A stretch of 63,964 nucleotides of DNA from Chloroflexota bacterium (GTDB lineage Bacteria; Chloroflexota; Dehalococcoidia; SHYB01), in NCBI GenBank assembly GCA_022572465.1, contig JACZVV010000002.1:1-63964 (forward strand), given 5' to 3'. A program made the position numbers and the translations under genes. Every line of letters starts with the position of its first letter. The stretch's first letter is position 1. Of the stretch, positions 26,711 to 37,265 are shown in pieces. A model generated the notes under the pieces. That model was not told the DNA's origin, ran no database searches, and saw only the letters and a list, made by a program, of their open reading frames with translations.

Positions 26711-27628
26711 TCAGGTGCGCAACCGCGGGTCGAGAACGTCCCGGAGGGAGTCGCCAAGCATGTTGAAGCCGAACACGGTTATCGCCAGGCACAGGCCGGG
26801 GAACACGGCGTTCCACGGAGCGTCCTCGGCATGCTGTCGGGCCTGACCGGCAAGCATGGAGCCCCACGCTGGGTTCGGTGGAGGCGTGCCCAGGCCGAGG
26901 AACGACAACGAGGCCTCGATGATGATGGCGATGCCCAGGGCGGCCGTCACGAGAATCATGACAGGCGCAAAGGTCTGCGTCGCCACGTGTCTCCATATGA
27001 TCCTGGTGTCGGTCGCCCCCAGCGCTCGGGCCGCTTGCACGTACTCCATGGTCCGGACCGATAGCACGACGGAGCGGACGATACGGGCGGTGCCTGGGAC
27101 CTGGATGATCGAGATGGCGATGATGACGTTTCGCGTCGACGCGCCCAGCATCGCGACGATTGCCAGGGCCAGGACCAGGATGGGCAAGGCCATGAGCATG
27201 TCGACGAATCGTTGGATCGTCGCGTCCCGCCAGTCGGGGTAGAAGCCGCTGTAGAGTCCTAGAAAAAACCCAACGAACGTTCCGGAGGAGACGCCGATGA
27301 TCGCGATACTCAAAGATGACCGGGCGCCGATCATCAGGCGGCTCATATTGTCTCGGCCCAGGTGGTCGGTGCCCAGGACGAACCCACTAACCCACTGGGG
27401 CCCGTGCAACAGGTCCTTCGAGTTGATCTTTAATGGATCATGGGGAATCAACCAAGGCCCGAATACGGCGATAATCGCGGCGAACGTCAGGATAAACAGG
27501 CCGATGGCCCCCATGGGCTTTTTCTTGGTAAACCACCAGAGCCAACGGATAGCGGCGCCGAAGGTCGACAAACCGGTGCCGGAGTATCGGCGGAGCCGAT
27601 CCGCGGCTATTTCCGGTTGCGAGGCCAT
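26711..27628 (-). CDS. ABC transporter permease, DppC/OppC-like
   Basis: Multi-TM protein with the EAA-type loop YVQAARALGATDTRIIWRHV and a C-terminal GDSLRDVLDPRL. Confidence 0.85.
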   Translation of the reverse strand: MASQPEIAADRLRRYSGTGLSTFGAAIRWLWWFTKKKPMGAIGLFILTFAAIIAVFGPWLIPHDPLKINSKDLLHGPQWVSGFVLGTDHLGRDNMSRLMIGARSSLSIAIIGVSSGTFVGFFLGLYSGFYPDWRDATIQRFVDMLMALPILVLALAIVAMLGASTRNVIIAISIIQVPGTARIVRSVVLSVRTMEYVQAARALGATDTRIIWRHVATQTFAPVMILVTAALGIAIIIEASLSFLGLGTPPPNPAWGSMLAGQARQHAEDAPWNAVFPGLCLAITVFGFNMLGDSLRDVLDPRLRT

Positions 27629-27665
27629 GAGTCCATTTCGTTATCCGACCAGCGGCGGGCCCGGC

Positions 27666-28625
27666 TCACCCGTAGCGGACCCGCGGGTCGAGCCAGGCGT
27701 ACAGCAGGTCGACGACGAGGTTGGCGAATAATATGATTATGGCGAACAGCATCACCAATGCCTGCACCATGGGGAAGTCACGGGAGTTGATGGAGACGAT
27801 CAGGCTCTGCCCCAGGCCAGGCAGGTTCCAGATCTGCTCCATGATCACGGTGCCGCCGATGAGAGCGGCGTACTGCAACCCGACGATCGTCACCACGGGC
27901 AAGAGGGCGTTCTTGAGCGCGTGGCGGATCACGACGGAGCGCTCCCTGAGGCCCTTGGCCCACGCGGTGCGAATATAGTCCTGACGCAGGACCTCCAGAA
28001 GGGTCGACCGGGTCATCCGGGCTACCACGGCGGCCAGCAGGTAGCCCAACCCCAAAGCGCCCCATATCACCTGCTGGAAATTGGCCCAGGGGTCGTCCCA
28101 GATATGCTCGTAGCCCAGAGGCGGTATCCAGTTGAACCAGATGACCATGAACAGCAGCATCAGCGTTGCCACCCAGAAGTTCGGCATCGCCAGTCCGCCG
28201 ATGGTGACGATCCGGGCGGTGTAGTCGATCCAGGTGTCCTGGCGCATCGCCATGATGATGCCGAGGGGCAGAGCGATCGACATGGAGAGCAGCACCGTCA
28301 GCGTCGCGATTTCGAACGTCAGGGGGAATCGAGTGCGGATCTCGTCAAATACCGGAATGTCGGTCCGCAGCGAGTGGCCAAAGTCGCCTTTGAGCATGCC
28401 GCCGACCCAGGTGAAGTACTGGACCGGGAGCGGCCGGTTGAGGCCCAGCTCATCTCTGAGCGCTTCTAGCTGGATTGGGTCGACCTCGCCCGTTCCCTCG
28501 GGGCCGATGAGAATCATGAGGGCGACATCGCCGGGAACGATCCTCATCAAGATGAAGATGAGGATTGAAACGCCAATAAGGACGGGAATGAACTGGAAGA
28601 ATCGTCGGATGATGTAATTTTTCAT
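27666..28625 (-). CDS. ABC transporter permease, DppB/OppB-like
   Basis: MKNYIIRRFFQFIPVLIGVSILIFILMRIVPGD N-terminus, loop YIRTAWAKGLRERSVVIRHALKNALLPVVT, C-terminal DLLYAWLDPRVRY. Confidence 0.85.
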   Translation of the reverse strand: MKNYIIRRFFQFIPVLIGVSILIFILMRIVPGDVALMILIGPEGTGEVDPIQLEALRDELGLNRPLPVQYFTWVGGMLKGDFGHSLRTDIPVFDEIRTRFPLTFEIATLTVLLSMSIALPLGIIMAMRQDTWIDYTARIVTIGGLAMPNFWVATLMLLFMVIWFNWIPPLGYEHIWDDPWANFQQVIWGALGLGYLLAAVVARMTRSTLLEVLRQDYIRTAWAKGLRERSVVIRHALKNALLPVVTIVGLQYAALIGGTVIMEQIWNLPGLGQSLIVSINSRDFPMVQALVMLFAIIILFANLVVDLLYAWLDPRVRYG

Positions 28626-28733
28626 CGGAGTTGAAAAGACGTTCTTGTGCGGCTACACAAAAACAGGGCCAGACCGCGCGCCCCGTTGCTCCTTTTCAAA
28701 CCTGTTGCGACAACTCGTTTCAGATTGGCCGCA

Positions 28734-28762
28734 AGAATAGCAAAGGCATTTCCGTTTGTCAA
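28734..28762 (-). promoter_or_regulatory. Sigma-70-like promoter candidate for the permease operon (TTGACA-17-TATTCT)
   Basis: Read on the minus strand between the eno stop and the permease start. Would give a ~105-nt 5' UTR. Confidence 0.4.
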
Positions 28763-28850
28763 TACGAGTCGTTGGGGACGTTGGATTCCGCCACAGCGGC
28801 GGGCTCTTTCGAGGCGTGGCGTGGTGGGGCCGGCCACGGAGTATGCCGGC

Positions 28851-30167
<1,317 letters not shown>

Positions 30168-30194
30168 TCAGTGATTGGTCTCAGCCGCAGCCTC

Positions 30195-30710
30195 CTACGT
30201 CGTCGAGGCCGGCGCCGATGACCGCCCTCGGCTCTGGGCAGCCTGGATGGCTTTCTCCACGGCGTCGGAGGGATCGTCGGCCGGGATGATGGACCGGTCC
30301 TCCGCGCCGTCGGGGCGGGTGAGGGACCACGACCGCAGGCCGACAACGGGCCGATCGTATCCTCGGGCCAGGGCGATCTCCGAGAGCGTGCCGTACTCGC
30401 CATGGATGGCGATGGACACCTCGGCGGTGAGCACGATGATGGCGTTGCGAGCGTAGCCCATACCGGTGGCGATGGCGGTGTCGACGTACGGATTGGCGCT
30501 GCGAGGTTCTTCGCCGGGCAGGATGCCGATGGTGGCGCCTCCCTCCGATTTGGCGCCCTTGCACGCCGCCTCCATGACGCCGTTGAGGCCGCCACAGACG
30601 ACGACATGCCCGCGGCGCGCCACCTCGCGGCCGACGGCCTCGGCCAGCGCGTACGCCTCGGCCGAGCAGCCGTCACCTTTGCCGATCACCGCGATGATCA
30701 CTTGAGTCAC
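30195..30710 (-). CDS. TIGR00725-like (SLOG/LOG-related Rossmann) family protein
   Basis: IAVIGKGDGCSAEAYALAEAVGREVARRGHVVVCGGLNGVMEAACKGA pattern; 171 aa; GTG start. Confidence 0.55.
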   Translation of the reverse strand: MTQVIIAVIGKGDGCSAEAYALAEAVGREVARRGHVVVCGGLNGVMEAACKGAKSEGGATIGILPGEEPRSANPYVDTAIATGMGYARNAIIVLTAEVSIAIHGEYGTLSEIALARGYDRPVVGLRSWSLTRPDGAEDRSIIPADDPSDAVEKAIQAAQSRGRSSAPASTT

Positions 30711-30823
30711 TCCTGGCGGGAGCCATTATAGCATCGACCCAGGCCGCGGCCCGGTGCCGGTTTTGCCCCCGGCGTCGATGCGATAGACTACCTGCGCATC
30801 ATTAGCTGAGGAGGGCCGCGCTC

Positions 30824-31873
30824 ATGAAATCTCGAATCGCCGTGCTGGAGACGCCGGGGCAACCGCTGGTCGTCGATGAGGTCGACCTGCCGGACCCAAA
30901 AGAGGGCCAGGTGCGAGTGAAGCTCTTCGCCAGCGGCATCTGTCATTCTCAGCTTCACCAGATCCACAACCCCGCGACTCCCGTGCCGACCCTCCTGGGA
31001 CATGAGGCCACTGGCGTCGTGGAGGCCGTCGGGCAGGCGGTGACGCACGTGAAGGAGGGAGACCACGTCATCGTGACCTGGCTGCCTCGGGCCGCAAAGC
31101 CGGGCGACACGAGTCCGCAGCCGATCGAGGTGCCGTGGCGGGGGGGCGTGGCAAGGGGGCCGGTCTTCACCTGGGCCGAGCGCACCGTCGCGCCCCAGGA
31201 GTACGTGGTCAAGATCCCCCGAGACGTCCCCACCGCCGTGACGTCGATCGTCGGATGCGCGGTGATGACGGGATGCGGCGCGGCCTACAACACCGCCCAG
31301 GTCCGGCAGGGAGAGTCGGTGGTGGTGTTTGGAGTCGGCGGCGTGGGCCTGTGCATCGTCTCGGCCGCGGCGGTGCTGGGCGCTTCGCCGATCATCGCCG
31401 TCGACCTCGCGGACGAGAAGCTGGAATTCGCCCGCCGTTTCGGCGCTACCGTCGTCGTCAACGCCTCGCGGACCGACGCCGTGGAAGAGGTGCGCAAGCT
31501 CACCGGCGGCGGCGCGGACTACGCCTTCGACGCCATCGGAGTTCAGGAGACGATGGCCCAGGTTCTCCAGGCGACCCGTCCGGGGTCCTTCGGGCTCAAC
31601 TCCGGCGGCACGTCGGTCCTGGTGGGTGTGCCTCAGGGCAATGCCGACCTGCCCATGCGCGACCTCCTGATCGGAGAGCGAAAATACATCGCGTCGCTGG
31701 GAGGCTCGGGGAGGCCGGAGACCGATTTCCCTCGCTACCTTGCCTGGTACGATGAGGGCCGGCTCAAGCTGGACGATCTGGTGACCCGCCGGTACCGGCT
31801 TGAGCAGATCAACGACGCGCTGCGAGACCTTCAGGAAGGGCGCATCGCGGGTCGCAGCATCATCGAGTATTAG
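30824..31873 (+). CDS. Zinc-dependent alcohol dehydrogenase (MDR family)
   Basis: GICHSQLH, GHEATGVVEAVG, VVFGVGGVGL Rossmann motif; 349 aa. Confidence 0.85.
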   Translation: MKSRIAVLETPGQPLVVDEVDLPDPKEGQVRVKLFASGICHSQLHQIHNPATPVPTLLGHEATGVVEAVGQAVTHVKEGDHVIVTWLPRAAKPGDTSPQPIEVPWRGGVARGPVFTWAERTVAPQEYVVKIPRDVPTAVTSIVGCAVMTGCGAAYNTAQVRQGESVVVFGVGGVGLCIVSAAAVLGASPIIAVDLADEKLEFARRFGATVVVNASRTDAVEEVRKLTGGGADYAFDAIGVQETMAQVLQATRPGSFGLNSGGTSVLVGVPQGNADLPMRDLLIGERKYIASLGGSGRPETDFPRYLAWYDEGRLKLDDLVTRRYRLEQINDALRDLQEGRIAGRSIIEY

Positions 31874-31919
31874 GGGAAGGGACGAGGGCGAGGGAGGAGG
31901 AAGAGGGAGGGTGGAGGTC
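31873..31919 (+). repeat. 47-nt polypurine G-run tract that fills a convergent intergenic spacer
   Basis: GGGGAAGGGACGAGGGCGAGGGAGGAGGAAGAGGGAGGGTGGAGGTCG: six runs of three or more G, almost no pyrimidines. Confidence 0.8.
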
Positions 31920-31920
31920 G

Positions 31921-33186
31921 CTACAACCGGCGTATCCTGGCCGAGGAGATGACGATCAACAGCATGGCCGCAACGAGCGTGGCGCCCAAGGCCATGATGG
32001 TCGGCTGGAGGTCGACGCTCTCGGCGACGGCGCCACTGACCAGGACGCCCAGCGGCTGGAGGCTGAACGACAGCATGAAGTACAGCGACATGACGCGGCC
32101 CCGGAACTGATCGGCGACGTTGACCTGAAGCAGCGTGTTGGTGAGCGTAAGGGTGATGGCGCCCGCGGCGCCAAGAGCAGCCAGTACGGGGATGGAAAAG
32201 GCGAAGCTGCTGGTGCCTCCGAGCAGCAGCAGCAAGAGGCCCGTGGTGGTCACGGCGGCCACCAGCAGCCGGCCTTTCCAGCGAAATTCGCCCAAGAACG
32301 TGACGATCAGCGCGCCCACCAGTCCCCCGGCGCCGCCGGCGGCCATCAAGTATGCCAGGACGCTGCCCTTGTCCTGATTCAGAACGTTGCCCACATAGGC
32401 CGGCAGGAGCTGCATGTAGGCCATGCCCAAGAAGCCGGACACGAAACCGATGAGCAGCAGCAGCGCAATAGTGTTGTCGCGCCGAGCGTACTTGGCGCCC
32501 TCGACCATGCTCTGGAGAAAGGGAAGGCGCTCGTTGATCTGGGGCTGGGGTGGGGTGCGCATCATCAGGACCATGGCCATCGCCACCACATAGCCGGCCG
32601 CCTGAACGAAGAACGTCCCTTCGATTCCCACGGTGCCCACCAGCACTCCGCCTATCGTCGGGCCGATCACCCGCATCGAGTTCATCGATACGGTGTTGAG
32701 GGCGATGGCATTGGGCAAGTCTCGCTTGCCGACGAGGTCGTGGACCAGGGACTGGCGCGACGGGCCGTTGGTGGCGAAGCAGGTGCCGCTGGCCAATGCG
32801 CCGAGGTAGAGGTGCCAGATCTTGACGGTGTCGCTCAGGACCAGGAAGGCCAAGATCAGAGCGATGACCATCAGGCCGACCTGACTGACCAGAATCACGC
32901 GGCGGCGGTTGAATCGGTCGGCCAAGGCGCCGCCAACGGGCGCCCCCATGAACATGCCCACCCCCATGAAGAAGGAGACGAGGCCCAACTGAAGAGTCGA
33001 TTCGGTGAGGGTGTAGACCAGCCAACCCTTGCCGACCTGCTGCGTCCACTGCCCCAGCTGGGTGGCGACGTTGCCCGCCATGAGCAGCCGGAAGTCGCGG
33101 TGCGCCAGCGCGGCATAGATACGGGTCCGGGGAGGCGGGCCGGCGGCGTCGGCGCCAGCGGGTGACTCGGTATCCTGCTTCGACAA
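31921..33186 (-). CDS. MFS transporter (12-TM type)
   Basis: 421 aa, repeated hydrophobic helices, MFS-like loop GALADRFNRRRV between TM2 and TM3. Confidence 0.8.
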   Translation of the reverse strand: MSKQDTESPAGADAAGPPPRTRIYAALAHRDFRLLMAGNVATQLGQWTQQVGKGWLVYTLTESTLQLGLVSFFMGVGMFMGAPVGGALADRFNRRRVILVSQVGLMVIALILAFLVLSDTVKIWHLYLGALASGTCFATNGPSRQSLVHDLVGKRDLPNAIALNTVSMNSMRVIGPTIGGVLVGTVGIEGTFFVQAAGYVVAMAMVLMMRTPPQPQINERLPFLQSMVEGAKYARRDNTIALLLLIGFVSGFLGMAYMQLLPAYVGNVLNQDKGSVLAYLMAAGGAGGLVGALIVTFLGEFRWKGRLLVAAVTTTGLLLLLLGGTSSFAFSIPVLAALGAAGAITLTLTNTLLQVNVADQFRGRVMSLYFMLSFSLQPLGVLVSGAVAESVDLQPTIMALGATLVAAMLLIVISSARIRRL

Positions 33187-33195
33187 TCCCGTCCC

Positions 33196-33654
33196 CTAGA
33201 CCTTCTCGGCCTCGCGCGGTTCCTTCGACAAGGCCAGGATCTGCTCCAGCGCCCGCGCCAGCTCGTCCTGTCGCTCCCGAGGCCATTCGCTCAACAGATT
33301 GGCCAGATAGGCTTCGACCTGCTTGCGGCAGTGGCCCTCGACCTGGCGGCCTTCGCAGGTGATCCGGATGATGACGTGCCGCCGGTCGATTTGGTGAGCG
33401 AGCCGCTCGGCCAACCCCTTGTTGACCAGGGCGTCGACGTTGCGGGTGGCCGTCGGTAGGGCGACGTTGAGGGTCCGGGCGATCTCGGTTACGGAGCAGT
33501 CGAGGTTGGCCAGCAAGCGCAGGGCCGAGAACTGGGCCATGGTGAGCTGCACGGCGAATCCCGCGCGGCGGACTTCCAGCGCCAGGGCGCGGTTGATAGC
33601 AGGCAGCACGGCGAGGATGCGGCTTGCCGGCGGCCGGCGATGACGATTGGACAT
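33196..33654 (-). CDS. MarR-family transcriptional regulator
   Basis: M31 of ORF 33196..33744 (MSNRHRRPP). Winged-HTH segment CSVTEIARTLNVALPTATRNVDALVNKGLAERL. Immediately upstream of the MFS gene. Confidence 0.8.
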   Translation of the reverse strand: MSNRHRRPPASRILAVLPAINRALALEVRRAGFAVQLTMAQFSALRLLANLDCSVTEIARTLNVALPTATRNVDALVNKGLAERLAHQIDRRHVIIRITCEGRQVEGHCRKQVEAYLANLLSEWPRERQDELARALEQILALSKEPREAEKV

Positions 33655-33870
33655 GTTGCTCGTGCTAATAGTTAGGAGTGCTAAGGACCGGCTCCAGTAT
33701 ACAACCCGGTACAGCCGAAATCCATACCGGCCGTCTCCCCTCAAGGGGTTTTCGTTGTCACTGGCGAGGAGGTCTCCATCATGGTCCGAAGGGGTCCGAC
33801 TTCCTCGAACCGTGAACGGCCCTTCGGAGAGTCTGTGGGCGGTATCGGCGCCGGGCGCCGACGGTCGTGT

Positions 33871-36465
33871 TCAGCCTTGGGGCGAGGGGTCAGCAACCGG
33901 CTCGAGCGACACGACGTACTCCACCGGCGCCGTAGTGGTCTGGGCCAGGGCCGCGACCATCAGCACCGCGCCCAGCACCCCGCCGGTATCCAGCGTCAGA
34001 ATCAGCTCACCCCGGTTCATGGAGTCCAGCGGCACGGTGATCACCTGAGCCGGGTCGCCTGGGACCAGGACCCGGACGGCGAACCGCTGGGCGACGAGGT
34101 TGTTGGAGCGCACGAACCCGCTGGCCTCCCACTCGCCGAGGGACTCGGCGTCGTCGGAGTAGCCGATCTCCGGGATCGCCAGGTCGTCGATGGCCAGGCC
34201 GTCGTTGTCCACCGCCTGGTCGGTGATGTACTCGAAACGAATCCAAACGAGCGCGCCGGCGTACGGGGTCAGGTCGACGGTCTCCCGGATCCAGACCGGC
34301 TCGCTGCCACCGCCGCTGACGCCGGTGTAGGCGGGCCCGAAGCTCTGGTCGACCGGATCGTCGTCGGTGGTGTGCTCACCAGGCAAGACGTCCCAGGTCT
34401 CGCCGCCGTCCCGCGACGCTTCGACGTAGGCGTAGTCGTAGTCCTGCTCGATGTCGTGCCACAAGCTAAAGCTCAGGGTAGCCTGGGAGACTCCGGTGAG
34501 GTCGAAACGGCGCGTCAGGGTCGTGTCGATGGAGTCGCCACGGTTGCTCCACCAGAAGAACTCGCCGCTGGGCGCCTCGGTGGGGATCAGCGGTGACGAC
34601 GCAGGCCCCTGGAACGTAAGGCGCATCGAGTCGCCCTCGGGCGCCAGCTTGATGTAATCGGCGGCGTATTGGTGCACCGTCCCCGTGAGCTCGCCGGGAC
34701 CGTCCAACGTCGCCGCCAGCGACCGCCGAGGAGTGTCGCCCGCGGGCGAGTCGGGTCCATCGAGCCGTGGATGCAGGTAGCCTTCGGTCGCCCAGTCGAC
34801 GAACGCCGCGTCGAAGCCGCCGTCGACGCCTTGCCCGGCGAGGAACTCATCGACGCCTCGGATGCCCTGCTCCTCGCTGGAGATCAGCAAGGCCACGGCG
34901 TCCTGTCCGAATCGGTTGCTCAGGTAACGGTAGAAGAGGTAGGTCGCGCCGTAGTGAGGCAGGGTGGCGGACGATTCATCGGGCCAGGTGGTGAGCTGGG
35001 TGTCGGGCCGGCTCAAAAAGTCCGCCAAGAAGCTTGCGCCGTAGCCAGCGGCCTGGGCGACGTACTCCGATGCGCCCTCCTGCATCCAGCTCTGCTCAAC
35101 GGGGTCCGCCTGGGCCTGGGCCGCATGCTGCAACTCGTGGGCCAGGACGGAGAAATAGCGGTCCGTCCCCGGTCGAAGAATCCGTACGTTGATGTAGATC
35201 ATGGGCCGCTCTTGGCTGAAGCGATAGACGGCGCGGGGAAGGAGATCGGCCTGGTTGAAGTACCCGGCCACGCCGGGGATGCGCGCGTGGAGGATCGTCA
35301 TGCGGGAGTCGATGCCCGCGCCGGGGTCCCAATCGGGGTTGGCCAGTCGCCGCACCTCGGGGATGATGCGTTCCTCCAGCTCGCGGGCCGAGCGTTCCAG
35401 GTCCTCGGCGGCTATCGAGACGCTGTCCTCGACGTAAAAATAGGCGTTGGGACTGACGTGCCGGAGGGTCGCCCGCACCGTAAAAGGCCGGCGTTCGTCC
35501 AGGTCCAGAACGTTGAACTGCTCCTGGCGTCCGACGGCGTGGTCCGTGCCTCGGTAGGCGATGGGTTCGATCGTTCCGGCGCCCTTGAGCTTGAGCCGGA
35601 GGGCCTGCTCGATGGGGTCGCCCTTGGGCGGCACAGGGATCGGCAGGTAACGTGGCCCAGGAGGCGTCGGCGTCGGTTGAGGCGTCGGTGTCGGTTCAGG
35701 CGTCGGCTCGGGTGTCGACGTGGCCGTAGGGGCCGGCGTCGGTGGAGCGGACGTGGGCGTGCTGTTGGAGGTGGGCGTCGCCGTCGGCGGAGGACGTACC
35801 GGCGGCGCTGCCGAGGGGGAGAATTCGCCGGTCAGGCCGTCGACCGTTCCCGAAACGACGCCTTCGGGCGTCTCGCAGAAGACGTGCCAAGTCAGGCTTT
35901 GTTGGTCGCCTACCAACGTCATCGAGCGGACCTGGCATCCGCTCCAGTGCTCGACCGCGGCCCTGGCTACCGCAGCGGGACCGGTCCGCAGGGCTCGAAC
36001 GTCGATGCCCGGTTTCGGATGGCCCAGGAGGGGCGTGAGATGCCCGGATATGACCTCCCACTGCTCGATTGGGGCATCACGCGTGGGGACAGTGATGTTG
36101 ACCGCCTGGGTCGCTGCGGCGTCGGTGAACCGGAAGATCAGTGGCTGGCCGCCGGGACCGATGCCGAGCTGCCGCAGCACCGCGCCGGCGACGATCTCGC
36201 GGGCCCGGAGCGTCGCTGCGTCGGCCACGGCGGCCAGCGCGACGGCGTCGGCATGACGTTCGGCCGGCGTGGGTGCGCGATCCGGTGTTGGCTCGCCGGT
36301 CGCGATGGCCGTTGGCGACGGCGCGGACGTCGGTGTGCTGGTCGAGCCGCTGCATGCCGCGACGACGAGTCCAACCGTCAACGCCAGGGCTATCGCGGCC
36401 AGCGCTGGGCTCGTCCGGGGGGAACGGGTCCTCTTTCGCCTTTCGAGTGTCGTGGTGGTTGGCAT
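33871..36465 (-). CDS. Secreted lipoprotein zinc metalloprotease (HExxH gluzincin) with a PT-rich linker
   Basis: Signal peptide plus lipobox (LTVGLVVAAC-SG), PT linker (..[28 protein letters not shown]), LAHELQHAAQ with a downstream Glu (WMQEGASEY). The C-terminal WHDIEQDYDYAYVEASRDGGETW...IRFEYITD block recalls InhA/M6-type peptidases (recollection only). Confidence 0.7.
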   Translation of the reverse strand: MPTTTTLERRKRTRSPRTSPALAAIALALTVGLVVAACSGSTSTPTSAPSPTAIATGEPTPDRAPTPAERHADAVALAAVADAATLRAREIVAGAVLRQLGIGPGGQPLIFRFTDAAATQAVNITVPTRDAPIEQWEVISGHLTPLLGHPKPGIDVRALRTGPAAVARAAVEHWSGCQVRSMTLVGDQQSLTWHVFCETPEGVVSGTVDGLTGEFSPSAAPPVRPPPTATPTSNSTPTSAPPTPAPTATSTPEPTPEPTPTPQPTPTPPGPRYLPIPVPPKGDPIEQALRLKLKGAGTIEPIAYRGTDHAVGRQEQFNVLDLDERRPFTVRATLRHVSPNAYFYVEDSVSIAAEDLERSARELEERIIPEVRRLANPDWDPGAGIDSRMTILHARIPGVAGYFNQADLLPRAVYRFSQERPMIYINVRILRPGTDRYFSVLAHELQHAAQAQADPVEQSWMQEGASEYVAQAAGYGASFLADFLSRPDTQLTTWPDESSATLPHYGATYLFYRYLSNRFGQDAVALLISSEEQGIRGVDEFLAGQGVDGGFDAAFVDWATEGYLHPRLDGPDSPAGDTPRRSLAATLDGPGELTGTVHQYAADYIKLAPEGDSMRLTFQGPASSPLIPTEAPSGEFFWWSNRGDSIDTTLTRRFDLTGVSQATLSFSLWHDIEQDYDYAYVEASRDGGETWDVLPGEHTTDDDPVDQSFGPAYTGVSGGGSEPVWIRETVDLTPYAGALVWIRFEYITDQAVDNDGLAIDDLAIPEIGYSDDAESLGEWEASGFVRSNNLVAQRFAVRVLVPGDPAQVITVPLDSMNRGELILTLDTGGVLGAVLMVAALAQTTTAPVEYVVSLEPVADPSPQG

Positions 36466-36478
36466 GGTCCTTCCTGAG

Positions 36479-36484
36479 TATAAT
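36479..36484. promoter_or_regulatory. Shared -10 box (TATAAT forward, TATACT on the reverse strand, offset 2 nt) in a 26-nt divergent spacer
   Basis: GAGTATAATCG read directly. The TATAAT ends 7 nt before ATG 36492. On the other strand TATACT ends 11 nt before the protease ATG at 36465. Confidence 0.4.
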
Positions 36485-36491
36485 CGCAGGT

Positions 36492-37247
36492 ATGTTCCGG
36501 CGGTTGAAAATCTGGAGTCGAGCGCTGGGCCGGCGACCCTTTCGCCGGTGGATGATTCCTCTTTTAGGTACGACGGCGCTGGCGGTCGCGGCTTGCGGCG
36601 GCGGCGATGCGGCGACGGCGACGCCGGCGGCGCCGGGCCTGTCGCCGAGGGACGTCTTGGACTCTTCGGCGGCGGCGATGGCCGAGGTCAGCTCGTTCCG
36701 CTACTCGCTGGAGAACTTCGGTGGGGAGACGCCGCTAACCGCCGGCCTGTCGATGCGGAGCGCCCGGGGCGTCATGGCCCAGCCGGACCAGCTGACGGCC
36801 CAGATCTCGGCCTCCTTTTCGGGATTTCGCGTGGAGGTGAACGTCATTAGCGTCGGCCAGCGGACGTACATGACCAACCCCATCACCGGCGCCTGGCAGA
36901 CCTTCGACACGGGACTGAGCCCCGTGGCGTTTTTCGACCCCGCCAAGGGCGTTAATCTCATTCTCCAGGGCATGATTCAGCCGTCGATCGGTGAGCCGAG
37001 CGAAGTGGATGGCGCTCCGGCCGTTCGCATCGTGGGCCAACTGCCGGCGGAGGCGGTGCAGTTCATCGCGGGTAGCTTCGCCGAGGGGTCGGTGCTGGAA
37101 GCCGAGCTCTTGATCGGCCAAGAGGATCGGCTGCTGAAACATGTCCGGCTGGCCGGGCGCATAACGGAGGGGGAGCCCGATGGGATGGTCAGGGTGCTGA
37201 CCTTCTCCGACTTCAACCAGACCTTCGATATCAAGCCGCCGGTCTAG
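36492..37247 (+). CDS. LppX/LprAFG-family lipoprotein (LprG-like)
   Basis: Inner ATG of ORF 36141..37247 (251 aa counted). Lipobox LLGTTALAVAAC-GGG. Aligns by eye with M. tuberculosis LprG: IVGQLPAEAVQFIAG vs ISGKVSAQAVNQIAP; C-terminal FDIKPPV vs VQVTKPPV. Confidence 0.7.
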   Translation: MFRRLKIWSRALGRRPFRRWMIPLLGTTALAVAACGGGDAATATPAAPGLSPRDVLDSSAAAMAEVSSFRYSLENFGGETPLTAGLSMRSARGVMAQPDQLTAQISASFSGFRVEVNVISVGQRTYMTNPITGAWQTFDTGLSPVAFFDPAKGVNLILQGMIQPSIGEPSEVDGAPAVRIVGQLPAEAVQFIAGSFAEGSVLEAELLIGQEDRLLKHVRLAGRITEGEPDGMVRVLTFSDFNQTFDIKPPV

Positions 37248-37265
37248 GGTTTCGCCCGGGACGCC

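Noticed and set aside
28626-28672. Short upstream ORF (..LFLCSRTRTSFQLR*) whose TGA overlaps the permease ATG (ATGA), considered as a leader peptide.
   Set aside because: It is only the tail of a long Arg-rich shadow ORF (28622..29566). There is no plausible start codon with an SD within the 5' UTR.
30788-33286. 832-aa minus-strand ORF spanning the ADH and MFS regions.
   Set aside because: Its lower part is antisense to the alcohol dehydrogenase and its upper part is an alternative frame of the MFS gene. The composition is Arg/Gly/Pro/His-rich. The in-frame MFS ORF 31921..33186 has proper TM helices.
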